DNA of 8,604 nucleotides from Octopus sinensis (taxonomy: Eukaryota). The DNA is taken from NCBI RefSeq assembly GCF_006345805.1, contig NW_021828386.1:1-8604 (forward strand). The letters run 5' to 3'. Position numbers and translations under genes: made by a program. Positions 6,984-8,604 of the stretch are shown piece by piece. How positions within the stretch are numbered: the stretch's first letter is position 1; each line of letters starts with the position of its first letter. The notes beneath the pieces were generated by a model. It was not told the DNA's origin. It made no database searches and saw only the letters and a list, made by a program, of their open reading frames with translations.

Positions 6984-7490
6984 GGTGATGGTGATAGTGG
7001 CGGTGTTGGAGGAGACGAAGATGAGTTCATGGCGGCAAGATATTTCATGAATGTAATCATGATAGTGTTCATGATGATGATTATGATGAGAGAGGTTTAC
7101 TGCTGCTGTTGTTGCTGGTGCAGATGCTGATGGTGGTGGTGGTGGTGGTGGTGATAGGGGGGGATAACGATGATGATTTTGATGGTGACGATGACGAGGA
7201 TGATGGAGGCGGCGTAATGAATGACGATGACAATGACAATAATGAGGACGAGGAGGAGGCGGATGATGATGAGGATGAGGATGACGACGACAACGAAAAA
7301 AATGGTGATGTTATTGATGTCGCTACTGCTGCCACTGCTGCCGCTGAAGATGATGATGATGATGATGGTAATGATGGTGATAATGACGATAATGGTGGTG
7401 GTGGTGGTGATGACCATGATGATGATGACTACGACGATGTCGAAAATGATTATGTTATTCATGATTATGAGAACGACGATGATAACAAGT
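6984..7490. repeat. Degenerate (GAT)n/(GGT)n/(GAC)n trinucleotide tract
   Basis: Read directly; gives poly-D, poly-M and poly-V frames. Confidence 0.93.
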
Positions 7491-8004
7491 GATCATCATA
7501 GTTATCATCATAACCATCATCATCACAACTACCGTCATCGTTGGCACCATCATCATCATCATCATCAACATCACCATTAACATCGACATTCTCTTCGTTG
7601 TCGTTGCCATCATTATCATCATCATCATCACCATTACCTCCACCACCACCGTCACCTCCATCATCGTTACCTCCACCATCACCAATACCACCATTATCAT
7701 CATCACCACCGGCACCATCATCACCTTCATCGTCATCGTCATCATCATCTTCATCACCACCATCACCATCATCATCATTGTCATCATCATCATCGTCATC
7801 ATCATCATCATCATCGTCATCATCATCATCATCATCATCATCACCACCATCATCATCTTCATCGTCATCATCTTCATCATCATCATCATCATCATCATCT
7901 TCATCATCATCTTCATCATCATCATCATCATCATCATCACTATCGTCATTATCATAATCATCATCATCATCTTCCTCATCATCCTCATAAACATCATCAT
8001 TGTC

Positions 8005-8035
<31 letters not shown>

Positions 8036-8055
8036 TCATCATCATCATCACCACC
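7491..8055. repeat. Degenerate (ATC)n/(ACC)n trinucleotide tract, inverted relative to 6984-7490
   Basis: Read directly; strand switch at TGATCA (7490-7495). Confidence 0.95.
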
Positions 8056-8380
8056 TGTATGTGCGATGGTGAAGAATGAAAATTCAGGTGCTAAATGGTC
8101 TGGCAAAAACATCTGCCAACAAACTATAACTTCCTCTTCTAGCATCATTTACCGTTTTTTTTTCTTCTCTCTTTTCTTTCTTCCCTCCACCTCCCTCCCC
8201 CCGCCTTCACCCCCACCCTCCCACCATCTTCCGCTCCGAGAGACGCTGAATTGTATTTGTTGATTTATTTCGTTCTGAAAATCGACGAAATATTTACCAA
8301 AATAAAAATATGAGAGAAGGAGAGAGAGGGTGGGGGGAGAAGGAAAAAAAATAACAAGCATTTAAAAACGAAAACGGTAT

Positions 8381-8388
8381 AATGTGTG

Positions 8389-8423
<35 letters not shown>

Positions 8424-8436
8424 GTGTTTGTGTGTA

Positions 8437-8469
<33 letters not shown>

Positions 8470-8604
8470 GTGTACAATCAAGTACATATGTACATAGACA
8501 CACGCGTGCACAGATATTTTATACATATGTGTGTGTGTGTATATGTATATGTATATATATATACATATAGATATCCGTATATATATATATATATGTGTGT
8601 GTGT
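8381..8604. repeat. (TG)n/(TA)n microsatellites
   Basis: Read directly. Confidence 0.95.

Noticed and set aside
7109-8148. Convergent Asp-rich ORFs (7109-7492 +, 7465-8148 -) resembling acidic biomineralisation proteins such as Aspein
   Set aside because: Expected from (GAT)n tracts. The apparent signal peptide of the + ORF is a (GTG)n run, and the other frames give equally long poly-S/M/I/H ORFs. Would need transcript or proteomic support.
1-8604. CRISPR array, rRNA or prokaryotic operon
   Set aside because: No repeat-spacer structure, rRNA-like sequence or dense coding; composition is that of a repeat-rich animal genome.

Overview
AT-rich, microsatellite-saturated eukaryotic non-coding DNA, probably intronic or intergenic. 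The SINE and MITE types resemble octopus/coleoid cephalopod repeats (from recall, not a database search). No complete protein-coding gene is supported; almost all supplied ORFs are microsatellite reading frames. Contents: (1) a dead Tc1/mariner element (80-~1109); (2) four tRNA-derived/CORE-type SINE copies; (3) a three-level nested insertion, with a piggyBac-type MITE (TTAA TSD) inside a hAT-type MITE (8-bp TSD) inside a SINE (6006-6982); (4) a ~1.07-kb GAT/ATC fold-back of trinucleotide repeats. The most notable item is a complete minimal type I hammerhead ribozyme fold on the + strand at 5251-5298 (stems I-III, CUGAUGA/GAAA core, AUA cleavage triplet, palindromic stem III with a 1-nt loop). 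It sits in a non-repetitive island that also carries splice signals and a sense/antisense pair of short ORFs, so it may be a Penelope-like pLTR or retrozyme unit. A candidate minus-strand exon lies at 1676-1765.
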